A DNA stretch of 63,609 nucleotides, counting the filler, from Hyphochytrium catenoides (lineage: Eukaryota; Protista; Hyphochytriomycota), in assembly GCA_900088475.1 (NCBI GenBank). It is 13 parts of 13 records of this genome, joined end to end, with 100 filler letters (N's around TTAATTAATTAA, not from the genome) between each part and the next. Parts side by side here need not be neighbours in the genome. Positions count along the whole stretch, not along the records: positions 1 to 17,125 come from FLMG01003677.1; positions 17,226 to 20,369 come from FLMG01002439.1; positions 20,470 to 21,829 come from FLMG01001256.1; positions 21,930 to 27,227 come from FLMG01000949.1; 9 more parts are not named here. One strand, 5' to 3'. The notes under the pieces were generated by a model that did no database searches, was not told the DNA's origin, and saw only the letters and a program-made list of their open reading frames with translations. The translations under genes were made by a program, and so were the position numbers. How positions within the stretch are numbered: the stretch's first letter is position 1; each line of letters starts with the position of its first letter. This document shows, in pieces, positions 12,061 to 22,531 of this stretch.

Positions 12061-13539
12061 GGGTGCCGAGTCGGTTTATGGTGAGTCGTCTTTCATCTCC
12101 TCAGCCGCTTCAATGTCCTGACCTAAAGAAACCTTTGGCCTACAGGCCGCTCTTATTCTGTTCTCCATGAGCAAGAGGCAGAAGGGCGCAATGATCTCTA
12201 TCTCCGGACGTGGCTGAGAGATCAATCTGCAGCCTCTGCGAACCGATGTCAGAAGCATTTTCTTTCTTTCAAGCGAAGTCGTTATTGCCGCTTCATCCCG
12301 CGGATTTATTTCACTTTTCCAATATCATTGTTTCCTTCATCGTTACTGGGCTTTTAGATTTGTAGACCTTGGAAGCCTTCGTTTGAGAATTATTTCATTC
12401 TACCGGTTTGGTAACTAAGTAGCTGATAACTAAAGTGACAGAAGTACTGTATGTTGAAGTTCTCAATGGAGCTTTTGATTGGCATTTTGGAGAAGATGCA
12501 GATTCTCAGACAGAGAACAGAGATCAATCATTGGAAATATTCTCCCTTCTGTTGAGGCCAGACGCGGAGATTGGAGCTCTTCACGCACCTAACAGCAGTG
12601 CAGTGCGCCGTAAACTGTTCATCAAAGATGTTATGGGCAGGACACGATCAACAGCCATTTTGTTATGACAATGACCTACTTTTCAAAAGGTCCACTCCGT
12701 CGTCGCCGTTGCTAGGAACTCTCGATAGAGGAAGGGCTTGTGCGCACTGACCGTTTTAGACGCCAACTAGAAGGCCACGGTATATACTAACACGCTGGCT
12801 TTGAAGACTCACGCTGTGTTCGAAGCCTTGGCGGCTTAAGGGACCTAAAGTCTGGTTGGCCACTAAGGCCGGTGCTAACAATATCTGCTCCTCTCCAGAA
12901 TGTTGTTAAGGCTAGCGGTCTGATTGAACCGCAAGGAGTCCATGTGACATGCTATGTATGAAGAAGGCTACCACTATGAGACTAAGAGTATCGTTGATCG
13001 GGTGCCACTGTATGGCAGGCCAAGGATTCCTATCATGTGCTATTCTGTACATCTTTTCTTTCTAGTGCGCCAACTTTCTCACCTGCTTTAATCGGCTGGC
13101 GTCTCTCCCGTTTCGGATACCTCTCCTTATTCGATAATAGTGCTTCGCCATGATGGTAAGGTACTTGCTCTTTCTGTCTTTCCGCCGCGAGCAAGACTTT
13201 CAACTTCTCTCTAGGCAAGAAAGACTACCTTTACCTCGTCGTCGCGCCCCTCTCTCTAGCGGAAATTTTCATGAGCATCTCATCGGGAAAGGCTGAAGAA
13301 GAAATGGCTCATGAGTGTTAGGAGAGAAGGCTTTTCTTTAAAATAGATGTGGCGCTCAGTGCGACAACGGATTGAGGAACAGAAGACAGAGAAAACATTA
13401 GGAAAGAGACAGCTGTCATCTCCAACTCTATTCTCCTCTCTCTCTCTTTCTCTGTTATTTTACTGCTTCCCTCTCCATGCTGCCTCTTTCCCCTCTTTCT
13501 TATCTCTCCTCCCTGGTGCTTCTGATCATAACAATATCA

Positions 13540-15028
13540 CTAACTAGATCTAAGGTATGGAGCACTCGGTGATAGAGGACGATTGGGCGAATGCTGACGG
13601 GTCTGTGCGCTGAAGAGGGACTGTCGTCTTCCCTCTCCTGCCGTCGAAAGAGAGAGATTTGGACCGTAAAAATCTGTCAGCTTCTCCTCTGTGGACCTCT
13701 GCTTGCTGTTAAACCTGAGCGTCACCGCTAAGACGAGGACAATGGTGCAGACCGCCCCAAGACAGGCAATGACAGGTACGACCCAGCGGTCGCTTCTCTT
13801 CAATGCAGCGTTAGCGGCCTGCGCTCTCTCAAAAGCCCGAGAGCTTGCTGCCTCTTGTTCGACGTCTGCATTCGTTGGGGCACTTTCTGGCTCTCGTTTG
13901 ACGTCTGCCTTCGTTGGGCCACTTTCGGGAGTCTGGCCGGTGTAACAAGAGACTGCGGGGCGCGAAGAAAAGAAGGAAAGAGTATTTTGATGAGATAAAA
14001 CCAGGGCTCATGCTTGAAACAACGCAGAGATGGAGAAGATTGGGAAGAAAGGACCTCAGAATTGCCAGACGGCTGAGAGAGAAAAAGCGGGGCCGTCGAG
14101 TAAGAGACAGAAGAGGAGAAAGAGGGCGAGGTAACGAGAGAAAGAGAAAAAAACGCCAAAGGAACATGGACAAACGCCTTCATCTCTGTACTTTGTTACC
14201 TGAGTACTCGTGGAGTGCTAGCATGACCAGCCCTGTGGGAACGGCACAGACTCTTCGAGAGCCATTTCTTGCCGGTAGTGGCTCTTTCTCCGAGACCTGA
14301 AACCCCTGGAATGCTCCGAAGAAGCTGTCGTCGGCTGCCTTGCGGACAATCTTCCTATTTGAAGATGCTGCGTCTTGCTTGTGGCAGGTCAGCACTTTGT
14401 CCATCTTGGTCCTTAGCTCCAGAGTATCGATCACATCGTTGGAGGCTGTCACTATCTGGGTGACAATGTAATCTCCGTCTGCGAGAGTAAAAGTGGCTCT
14501 CTGGTCTTTCTCTTCATTGATAGCGCCACGTACCACCGTCGTGACATTCTTCTTGCTGCTCTCTCGCCCTTCTCCTAGTGGCTGGCGATAGCTAATCTTA
14601 AGCCCTGTTAGGACGGTGGAGTTACCAGTTCGAGAGTAGAACTTCTTGTCAGGGCCAAAGACGCTTGGTCCAAAGTCAGAGAGCCTTCTATAGAAGCAGG
14701 TTACGGAGACGATCAGTCCTAATGGCTGGTCGTCAAAGTTAGGGCTAGTGACTTCATCTCCACAACCAGACTGGACGCTGGCGGGCATGGAGCTCAGGGG
14801 CTTACAAGTATCGGCTGGTCCGAGTAAAAGCCGAACATCCCCTCCTTTCCCAGGATGCTCATCATCACCGCTAAATAAAGAGAGCTCCTTCGTCTCTTCT
14901 CCGAAGACAAGTGAAGATAGAGAGAGTAATAAGAAGAGAGCCGACGATATGAGTAGACAAAACCTCATCGGACGAGAGAAAGCACTGGCAACTTGTGAAC
15001 GCTGTCGCCAGCTCCCGACGATTTCCAT
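13540..15028 (-). CDS. Type I membrane protein: signal peptide, jacalin-like (beta-prism) lectin domain, repeat stalk, TM helix, cytoplasmic tail
   Basis: ORF 14180-15028 has the signal-like MRFCLLISSALFLLLSLSSLVFG and TVLTGLKISY...RGA...ATFTLADGDYIVTQIVTASNDVIDTLELRTKMDKVLTC, which follows the jacalin strand pattern. A downstream exon (~13540-13952) gives PESGPTKADVKRE/PESAPTNADVEQE, then TM WVVPVIACLGAVCTIVLVLAVTL and RFNSK... Internal splice junctions are uncertain. Confidence 0.65.
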
Positions 15029-16594
15029 ATCTCCCGCCCGCCCTGGGCACTAATAGGCACAGGTCAAGCCTCTAAGCGAGGTGACCAGACCGTGTGCGCA
15101 ATCGCCGCGGCCGTCGCTGGGCCGGCGGCGGGACCATCAGGTAGAATAATCTGCTTTGTTGATGTTGAGGACAGCGGAGTCTTCGGGTCTTTGTAAACGG
15201 TGCAAATACTTCCTTATCAGCATTCGAGCAGGTGCTGGGGAGAGAGAGGCAAGATGTGGGCAGTGTTTTTTGGATGTGGGTTGCGGGCGATGGAAGAGGT
15301 AGAAAGGCCAGGAGAAAGACCGAGAAAGAAGCGGTCTAACCCCTCCCTTTCCCTTTGACACGCTCCGGCTTTGTCATAGACTTTCCTTATCATGCCCTCA
15401 AGTTTCTACAAAGCTCGCGTTTGCCTGCCTGCACGCCAAAAGAGCAAGAGTAAACTAGAACAGAGCCATCAGCCTCCACATGTCCTCCTAAGAGCGGCAA
15501 TTCTGGCGCAGCAGCGGGCTTTAGCTCTTAGTCCAATGTGCTAACGTACAAGTCAAGGCACACGCTGTCAAAGGTTGATGACATATCAAAAGCCACTAGA
15601 AATGACAACAAAATCTAGAGGACCCGGACTGCTCCTCGTTCAAGAGGTCGTTCCATCCCGCCTCGCCTTTCATTGCCTTGGCGCCGTAAGATGGGGAGTA
15701 AGCTGCCCAGTAGAACTACTCAAAGTCCGGGCTTGTACTCGTATGAGTGCAAGACAATTGCAGACTTACTCTAGACAAAGCTAAGGTAAACGAGCTAAGG
15801 ACAGGAGATGCTTCTACTGCGCTCGCTGCTCAAATATTAAAAAGGGTCTTTCTTCTGGCTGGTATGCTCTCCACTGTCTCAACACAGCCCTCATCATCAC
15901 GCATCAGTCTTTTGTCGCTATAATCTGTCTGTCCTTGATTGAAGCTTGCAAGGAGCTCGTGGTGCGTCGTTCTTCCGAACCCACAACTGACTAGTAGTAG
16001 AGCCATCACTCTTGGCCAACACACACATGATAACATTGTTAAAGAACTACCATTGACTGTATTGATTATTGAATGTCTATCACTACGTTGACTGGGTGGA
16101 TTGGCAGGTCAACTTAGACCAGAGCATCCACAAATTATTGTCCATCGCTGTCTTTCTTAGTCGCACAAGCCCATACATAACACACTCTCCTTGTCACACA
16201 TACATTCTTAGTTCTAGAGCAGGTTTTGTCCCCTCCTTTCTCATCGTCTCTTCATCATCCGAGAATGAAGGGTTAGGAATACGAGGAGACTGCTTGAGGA
16301 TGATTGTGAAGTTACGAGGCAAAAAGAGTGGGAGTACAAATACTACTAGGAGTACTTCAATAATACTTCTCATGCATTGAAAGAGAGAGAGGTCCACATT
16401 CCCCCTACTGCACTCTCTTAGACCGCTCCTAACTACTACTAGCTCCACTACAAGTACTCCTGTGATACAGTGAAGCGATGTTTGTTAGCCAAAGCTCCTT
16501 AAAGTACCCGTCCTGCTCGTTACCCTTCACTATCCGTTCGCATAGTTCGTCTGCCACCTTCACACCCGCTTCCGAGTAGGTANNNNNNNNNNNN

Positions 16595-16690
16595 CAGCAG
16601 TCAATCTGCTACGGTAACCCTAACCCTAACCCTAACAGCTAGGATACAAACAGCAGTCACACTACTACAGTAACCCTGACCCTAACCCTA
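16595..16690 (+). repeat. Two ~56-bp units each ending in telomere-like (TAACCC)n hexamers
   Basis: cagcagtcaatctgctacggTAACCCTAACCCTAACCCTAAC (16595-16636) and cagcagtcacactactacagTAACCCTGACCCTAACCCTA (16651-16690), directly after a small N gap. Confidence 0.75.
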
Positions 16691-17125
16691 CACATAGTTC
16701 TACATCGCTATACCAGAACTCTAGTTCGGTTCTATGACTACCGTTCTAGCTAGGATGCACCTGCGACCTGCGACTACTGACGATTTGATAACTACAGTAC
16801 AAATCACTCTGATCATTTCTTCGATAATGCTGTTGATAATCAACTTAGTGTCAGCTTGGCACTCCAAAAGATTTTTTTTGTGGTCCTTGGAGGTTGACCT
16901 CTCTTTTTCTGGACATGTGTCTCTCTCTTCCTCTCTGTCTCGGTCTTTCTTTTGATGACTTCCTGACTATCTATCTCTTTCCCACTCATTTCTCTCTCTC
17001 TCTCTGATGTCTGTCTCCCCCTCTCTCTCTCTGTCTCGTCGGCTGTAGTAAAGCACTAACAAAGGATCTGGTTGGTCATCTTCAACGCATCATCACAAGC
17101 TCGTCGTACTTTACAGCCAGAATCT

Positions 17126-17225
17126 NNNNNNNNNNNNNNNNNNNNNNNNNNNNNNNNNNNNNNNNNNNNTTAATTAATTAANNNNNNNNNNNNNNNNNNN
17201 NNNNNNNNNNNNNNNNNNNNNNNNN
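17126..17225. other. Artificial contig linker (N-run + TTAATTAATTAA + N-run); first of ~12
   Basis: The identical 12-mer, with stops in all six frames, lies between N-runs at ~17170, 20415, 21875, 27272, 29277, 31774, 33599, 35843, 37144, 57980, 59106 and 61622. Confidence 0.97.
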
Positions 17226-17621
17226 CATTCGCCTGCTCTCTCTCTCTTCTCTCGCTGTCTCTCCCATTTTGTTTCGTTCCTTCTCTTTCCTCTCTCTCTC
17301 CTTCTCTCTCTATCTGTATATCGTTCCTGAGTCCATTCTTCTTTCTCTTCCTCTGATCTATCATTATCCCTTCTCTTTCCCCGTCATCTACTCCACACTC
17401 GCATTCTTGTCGCGGTGCTCGATCTGTCCGAAGAGACCCATCCAATGACTGTTTCAGGACGCTCTCTCTATATCTTATCACCCGCTTACAGAGCGCTCAC
17501 GTCTCTTATTGTTAGGTCCTGCTAGCACTTGCTTGTCCCTCTATCATTCACGATTATTTGACTGCTGACCTCTGCTCTGTTCCCGCTTCGTCCTGCCCAC
17601 CTGCTTCCTCTCCCGAACCAG

Positions 17622-18536
17622 GTCCTTGATGTCGATTCTAGCGATGATGTTGCCTTCCACTGGGATAGAGACTATGGCTTAGAGGAGGCAGCAGACTACA
17701 AGCTCCATCCACACATCGCCACAGTCACTTATCTCTCAGATGAGGGAGCTCCAACGCTTGTTCTTCAGAAAGAAACGTCGTCTACAGGAGTAACAGAGGA
17801 AGAGAGCGAGAGTGAAGGGAAAGAGGAGCCCATTCCTTGTGGATGGCTCTCCGTCCCGAGAAGAGGGAAGCACATCAGCTTTGACGGCAAGCTCCTCCAT
17901 GGAGCTCCAGCGGAGTTTCTCTCCTTTCTTGAGCCACCAACGAGTCCTTCAGAAGAGGCGAAAGGAAAAAAGAAACAGCAAAAGAGGCCCAGGAGCAAGA
18001 AGAGGGTTACTTTCTTGGTAAATGTATGGCTTAACCATGCTCCTCTGGAGAGTGAGCCATTTCCTGAAGAAGCGCTGTATCAACTGAGCAAAGAAGAACC
18101 GGAAGAGAAAAATGAAGGCTCCTCTAGCTCTTCTTCTCCAGTTAAGAGGAAAGGAGAGAAGATAGAGTTCAAGGCTGGAGAAGCAGAGAGAGGCACCATC
18201 CGGCCCCTATCTTTCTCTCCCTCGTCCATCCCTGGGAAGGACTCACATGCTTTAGAGTTTACCTTTGTGGAGATGCAGAGAATGCTGCACCTTCAACTGG
18301 AGGTTGTTCCAGAAGAGATCCGTGGTGCCGTAGCCGATGGAGAGGACTCTCTCAGTCTCTCTTTTGACAAAGAGAGTCGACCTCTCGGTACTCTCACTGC
18401 AGGAGATTATATAGAGGATGACAGTGAAGAAGAAGAGGAATCGTCTGGAGAGGAAGAGAGTGAGGACGAAGAAGGGGAGTTTGGAGAGGAAGAGAGCAAC
18501 GATGAGGAAGGAGACGAGGACGAGGATGAAGAGTAA
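17622..18536 (+). CDS. 2OG-Fe(II) oxygenase-like protein with acidic C-terminal tail (last exon; 5' part missing)
   Basis: The frame is open from acceptor ccag|gtc at 17622 to TAA at 18536. It reads VAFHWDRDYGLEE...HPHIATVTYLSDEGAPT...WLSVPRRGKHISFDGKLLHGAP...KRVTFLVNVWLNH, with the HxD...H...R pattern of the double-stranded beta-helix fold. The D/E-rich tail is ~40 aa. Confidence 0.72.
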   Translation, partial: VLDVDSSDDVAFHWDRDYGLEEAADYKLHPHIATVTYLSDEGAPTLVLQKETSSTGVTEEESESEGKEEPIPCGWLSVPRRGKHISFDGKLLHGAPAEFLSFLEPPTSPSEEAKGKKKQQKRPRSKKRVTFLVNVWLNHAPLESEPFPEEALYQLSKEEPEEKNEGSSSSSSPVKRKGEKIEFKAGEAERGTIRPLSFSPSSIPGKDSHALEFTFVEMQRMLHLQLEVVPEEIRGAVADGEDSLSLSFDKESRPLGTLTAGDYIEDDSEEEEESSGEEESEDEEGEFGEEESNDEEGDEDEDEE

Positions 18537-19244
18537 ATTCAACGTGGGCCATACATAGAACTACTAGCCAAAGAATTGAGGCGAACTAAGCGATGTAGTC
18601 TAAAAGTGGGGACATAATGCGCAGGGAAAGAATAGAGGGAAGGCACAGGAAAACGAGTGGGGAGAGATGAAGAGCCAGAGGGAGAGAAGGAATGAGAGTC
18701 TCGGTGCAAAAGTCTCTGTTCCCTGCGGGACAGCACCTCCATAGCTTGCCCTGACGGAGAGGGAAAGCCTTCTGTCGGGACCACACGTCCCTTGATTTAT
18801 TCCGGCGGCCGACTGCCAATAAATTCATTGATATAAACAGCATATCGCGTCCCTCTCTCTCTTGCTGGTGTGGCTTCTGCTGCATGGTGGCAGGCAAGGT
18901 ATATGAGGAGAGAGCGCCAGACTGCGCTTGAGCTTAAGAACCCTCTCATATTTACCGTTAAATACCTATGAAGATTATCTTTACTACTGTTCTTCTCTCT
19001 CCCCGCGTGCAGCGTTTGAATGTAAATAAAGTGGACAAGGAGAGTGATATCTACCTACAGACGTCAAGCAAGACGATGATCCCCTTATCTGGTCTCTCTC
19101 TTCCTCTCCCTCTTCCCCCCAATTCCTCTCTCTTGTTCCTGCTTCGACTCTGTCAAAAGTACCATCTCTCTCTCTTGCCTAGCGTCGATATACCAACTTT
19201 TTATCTAAAAAAAAGAAGTAACCCGGCCATCTCTCTCTCTCCTT

Positions 19245-20369
19245 CTATCGATTAAAGTATCCCTGAGGAGCTGGCTGGCCGTACTCTGAACTCTGATAGG
19301 ATGTAGTGCCTCTCCCGCTCTTCTTCACTCTTCTCTTATAAGCAGCTGTGGAGTCATTGATCTGTATGCCCCACTGCAGATGATCAGCCTTCACTGCTGC
19401 GTCGAGGAACTCGTTGAGCTTGTGCGTCCTCTCCTCAATTAGCTGGGGAGAGAGATTTCCGATCAACGCTTTACTCGGCAGTTTAGGGATCTGTGACTTG
19501 GCATAGCCTTTCTCCTTGACCAGCTGCTGACAGAGCTTGTGGAAGGTGCTATAGCGCTTGTATGTGTGCAGCCGGCGATACTTTCCTGGCGTATCTGTAA
19601 GAATCTCCAGCTTGTAAAGAACGTACTTCTTTCCTAGCTCGTCAGAGACCACCGAGCTGCCAATGATCCGTGCCGAGAGGATCTTTAGCTCCTCTACTTT
19701 TCTCTCTCTTTCAGGCGCATCGCGCTGGGATCTAGCGCTTCCAACTGCTGCAGCTGTGCCGGCAGATTCAAGCAGATGAGGAGTGCCCTCTTCATCCTCT
19801 GGCTCTTCTTCTGTTCCTCTGTCGTCATTTTGCTGCTGAAGCGGATGAGGTTAGGACCGAGAAGTAAAAAGAGGATAGTAACAGCAAGAGACAGGAGTGA
19901 AGAAGGTCAAGCTCTAGCATCATAAACAGGCAAAGAGAGCGAGAGAGAGACAGACAGAAAACGAGAGACAGAATGAGAGAGAAAGAGCGAGTTGACTGAA
20001 GACAAAGTGCAAGCAGAGTAGCTGCAACCTCATCAATGCGTCCATCTCAGTAGAAAGGTTCTTCTTACCTCTGGCTGAGCATCAGCAGCTCCAGGAGACG
20101 GAACGCCTGTGGGCACAGAGCCAGCGGCTGCAGCGGCGGCAGCTGCAGCAGCAGCGGCGGCTGCCAGTGCAGTGGCTCCTGCTGCCTTGGCCATAGCATC
20201 CTTGATGGCAACCTTTATCTCTTTGTCAACCTTTCGCTGTCTCTCTTCCTCCTCAGCCATTCTCTCTCTCTCTTCTTCTTCAGCGTGTCGCGCTTCCTCT
20301 TCTCTTTCTGCGGCTTCTGCTGCAGCCTCTGCTTCTGCTTCTTTCCTCAGGCGCTCCTCCTCTTCTTCT
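19245..20369 (-). CDS. PX (Phox homology) domain protein, 3' part (5' end lost in gap)
   Basis: Exon ~20070-20369 has an E/A coiled coil and poly-Ala and ends at a gtaag donor. Exon ~19245-19838 reads ARIIGSSVVSDELGKKYVLYKLEI...YKRYSTFHKL...IPKLPSK...IEERTHKLNEFL, with the canonical PX R-Y, PxxP-K and EER motifs. Confidence 0.85.
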
Positions 20370-22531
20370 NNNNNNNNNNNNNNNNNNNNNNNNNNNNNNN
20401 NNNNNNNNNNNNNTTAATTAATTAANNNNNNNNNNNNNNNNNNNNNNNNNNNNNNNNNNNNNNNNNNNNGGGGTTTTGAGTAGGTTTTCGCAATTTCTGA
20501 GTGGAGTTACCCGTTTACAGTGTCATCTTTCGTGAGCTATAGCAGGCTCGCTTGTCGCTGGCTCAGTTTTACATACGTCTTGGGGAACTATCAATCCTCG
20601 TGACCAAGAAGCTCTGACAATCAAGATGACATGATCGAAGCGAAGAGAATGCGATGGCCAATGCAAGCGGCCAACGTATCGCTACAGATTGAGGAAAAAA
20701 GGAGGAGATGAAGGACTGTTCTTAAAAAGAACCAAGATCAATGCTCTGGAAGCGGAGAGCTAGACCTGATGAGGCGGTGGGAGAGTTAAGCGGGGTGGAG
20801 ATCGGATCTTCGAAGTCAAACTTAATCATTAGAGACAAGCATGATTTAATAATGGAGACTCTTCATCATAAAGACCCTGATCAGCGAGACCTCTTCTGCC
20901 TTGCTTCATGATGACTTTTTCTAGTAAGTCTTTCTCCGCTGGTGCTACCGTCAGGGAGGAAGGTGGATAGAGGGACTATAGGAGGTTATATATGGCGAGG
21001 ACTAACACTTTGAAGAATGCTGCAGCATCTCTTTGAGTCCATATACTTTATGGCTGCCACTGGCTTTCTCATCAATGAGGACCAGGTGATACTCTTCTAA
21101 ATAGCGAAAAGAACTCTCTCAATGACCTCATGGGACAAACAGATATAGAGATATTAGCTTGTTAGATATCTAGAGTATTGCTCCTGATGTCGGTACGCTC
21201 ACCCTAACCTACCTCCTTCTTGTTAATCAACCAGCAGGGACGGAAAGCTGGCTGATTGATGACGTAATATGGGACTGGGGACAGTTGCGTGCAAGAACGA
21301 ACTTCAAAGGCAAAGGCGTCGCTGCGATAGTTCCCAGTCGTGGCTTGGCCGGGACTGACAGCACCTAGTGCTAATGCCGCCTGCTAGGAGAAGAAACTGC
21401 AAAGGACAGGGTATTTATCTTTACCTTGGCTAACTGGCCGACCTTGGCGCAAGACAACCTAGCAGAGGACGAAGAGCGGCAGCTCCTTAAGCCTCTCTCT
21501 GGAGACAGAGAAGTCTACTACTGAATTAAGGTTATGCAGAGTCCCTGCTTTAGCAGGGGGATCTACCTGGGCATTATAATACAGAGAAGAGCAAAGAAGA
21601 GAGAGATAATAGCGTGATAAGACTATATTCTTAAGAACATCAGCGAAAAGGCGGGAATAGGGGAAAGAGGAGAGAGAAGAACTCTCCTTACTGAGAGGCA
21701 CTCGCTGACTCGCGGGGAGCTCAGGACTACCTGTTCTGGGCTCAGATCGAAGAAGAAGGCTGCTGTCACTCAATCACTACCCTTTGTATCCATACACCTA
21801 CTAGTGCGGTTCTCATGCCATGTCTAAAGNNNNNNNNNNNNNNNNNNNNNNNNNNNNNNNNNNNNNNNNNNNNTTAATTAATTAANNNNNNNNNNNNNNN
21901 NNNNNNNNNNNNNNNNNNNNNNNNNNNNNCTCTCTCTCTCTCTCTTTCTCTTTCTCTCTCTTTCTTTCTCTTTCTCTCTCTTTCTTTCATCTCCGTGACT
22001 CCTCTTCCCCCTTTCTCTTCTATTTTCCTCCTCCTCTGAACTTAAACCAATCACACACCGCACCGCACGGCTCTTCCCTCTTCCCTCTCATCTAAGGTTA
22101 GTTACTGCTTCGGCTTTCCTTCAGCTTCCTCTTTCCCTGTCTCTCTCCGTCTCTGTCTCTCTTCTCGTAGTTCTACTCTCTCAAGCTTTCTCTTGGCTTC
22201 GTGTCTCTCGCCAACAAAGTGCTTCCAGGAGCAGACCGTAATTCTGACAGCAACCGACGCCGTTGGCTCCGCCGCAAGAGTGAAGCCTACGCGCTCAAAG
22301 GGAGAGAGAGAGAGAGACAGAAAAGAGAGAAAGGAAGAGGAGACATTGGAGAGAAGAGTCTGCACTTTCTCTCTCCTCGGCAGTCGCTGCCAGCCATCTC
22401 CGACAGGAAAGATGTCATTCTAGATGAGGCTCGAGACCTTGTCCTTGTTTTCCACTCATAAGGCGGCAAGTATACAGGCACTCGCTTGTCTCTCAGCCGT
22501 GTTTTTTGTCTCTTGCTAACCTCGAAGAGCC

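Noticed and set aside
11753-12121. 122-aa plus-strand ORF
   Set aside because: It lies antisense to the inferred first exons of the CCDC148-like gene and has no recognisable motif.
12955-13040. EEGYHYETKSIVDR, faintly chromodomain-like
   Set aside because: Too short, the downstream aromatic-cage residues are absent, and there is no retroelement context.
21230-21300. SWLIDDVIWDW resembling the Ulp1 protease WLNDEVI motif
   Set aside because: No His/Asp/Cys catalytic motifs follow, and the frame closes shortly after.
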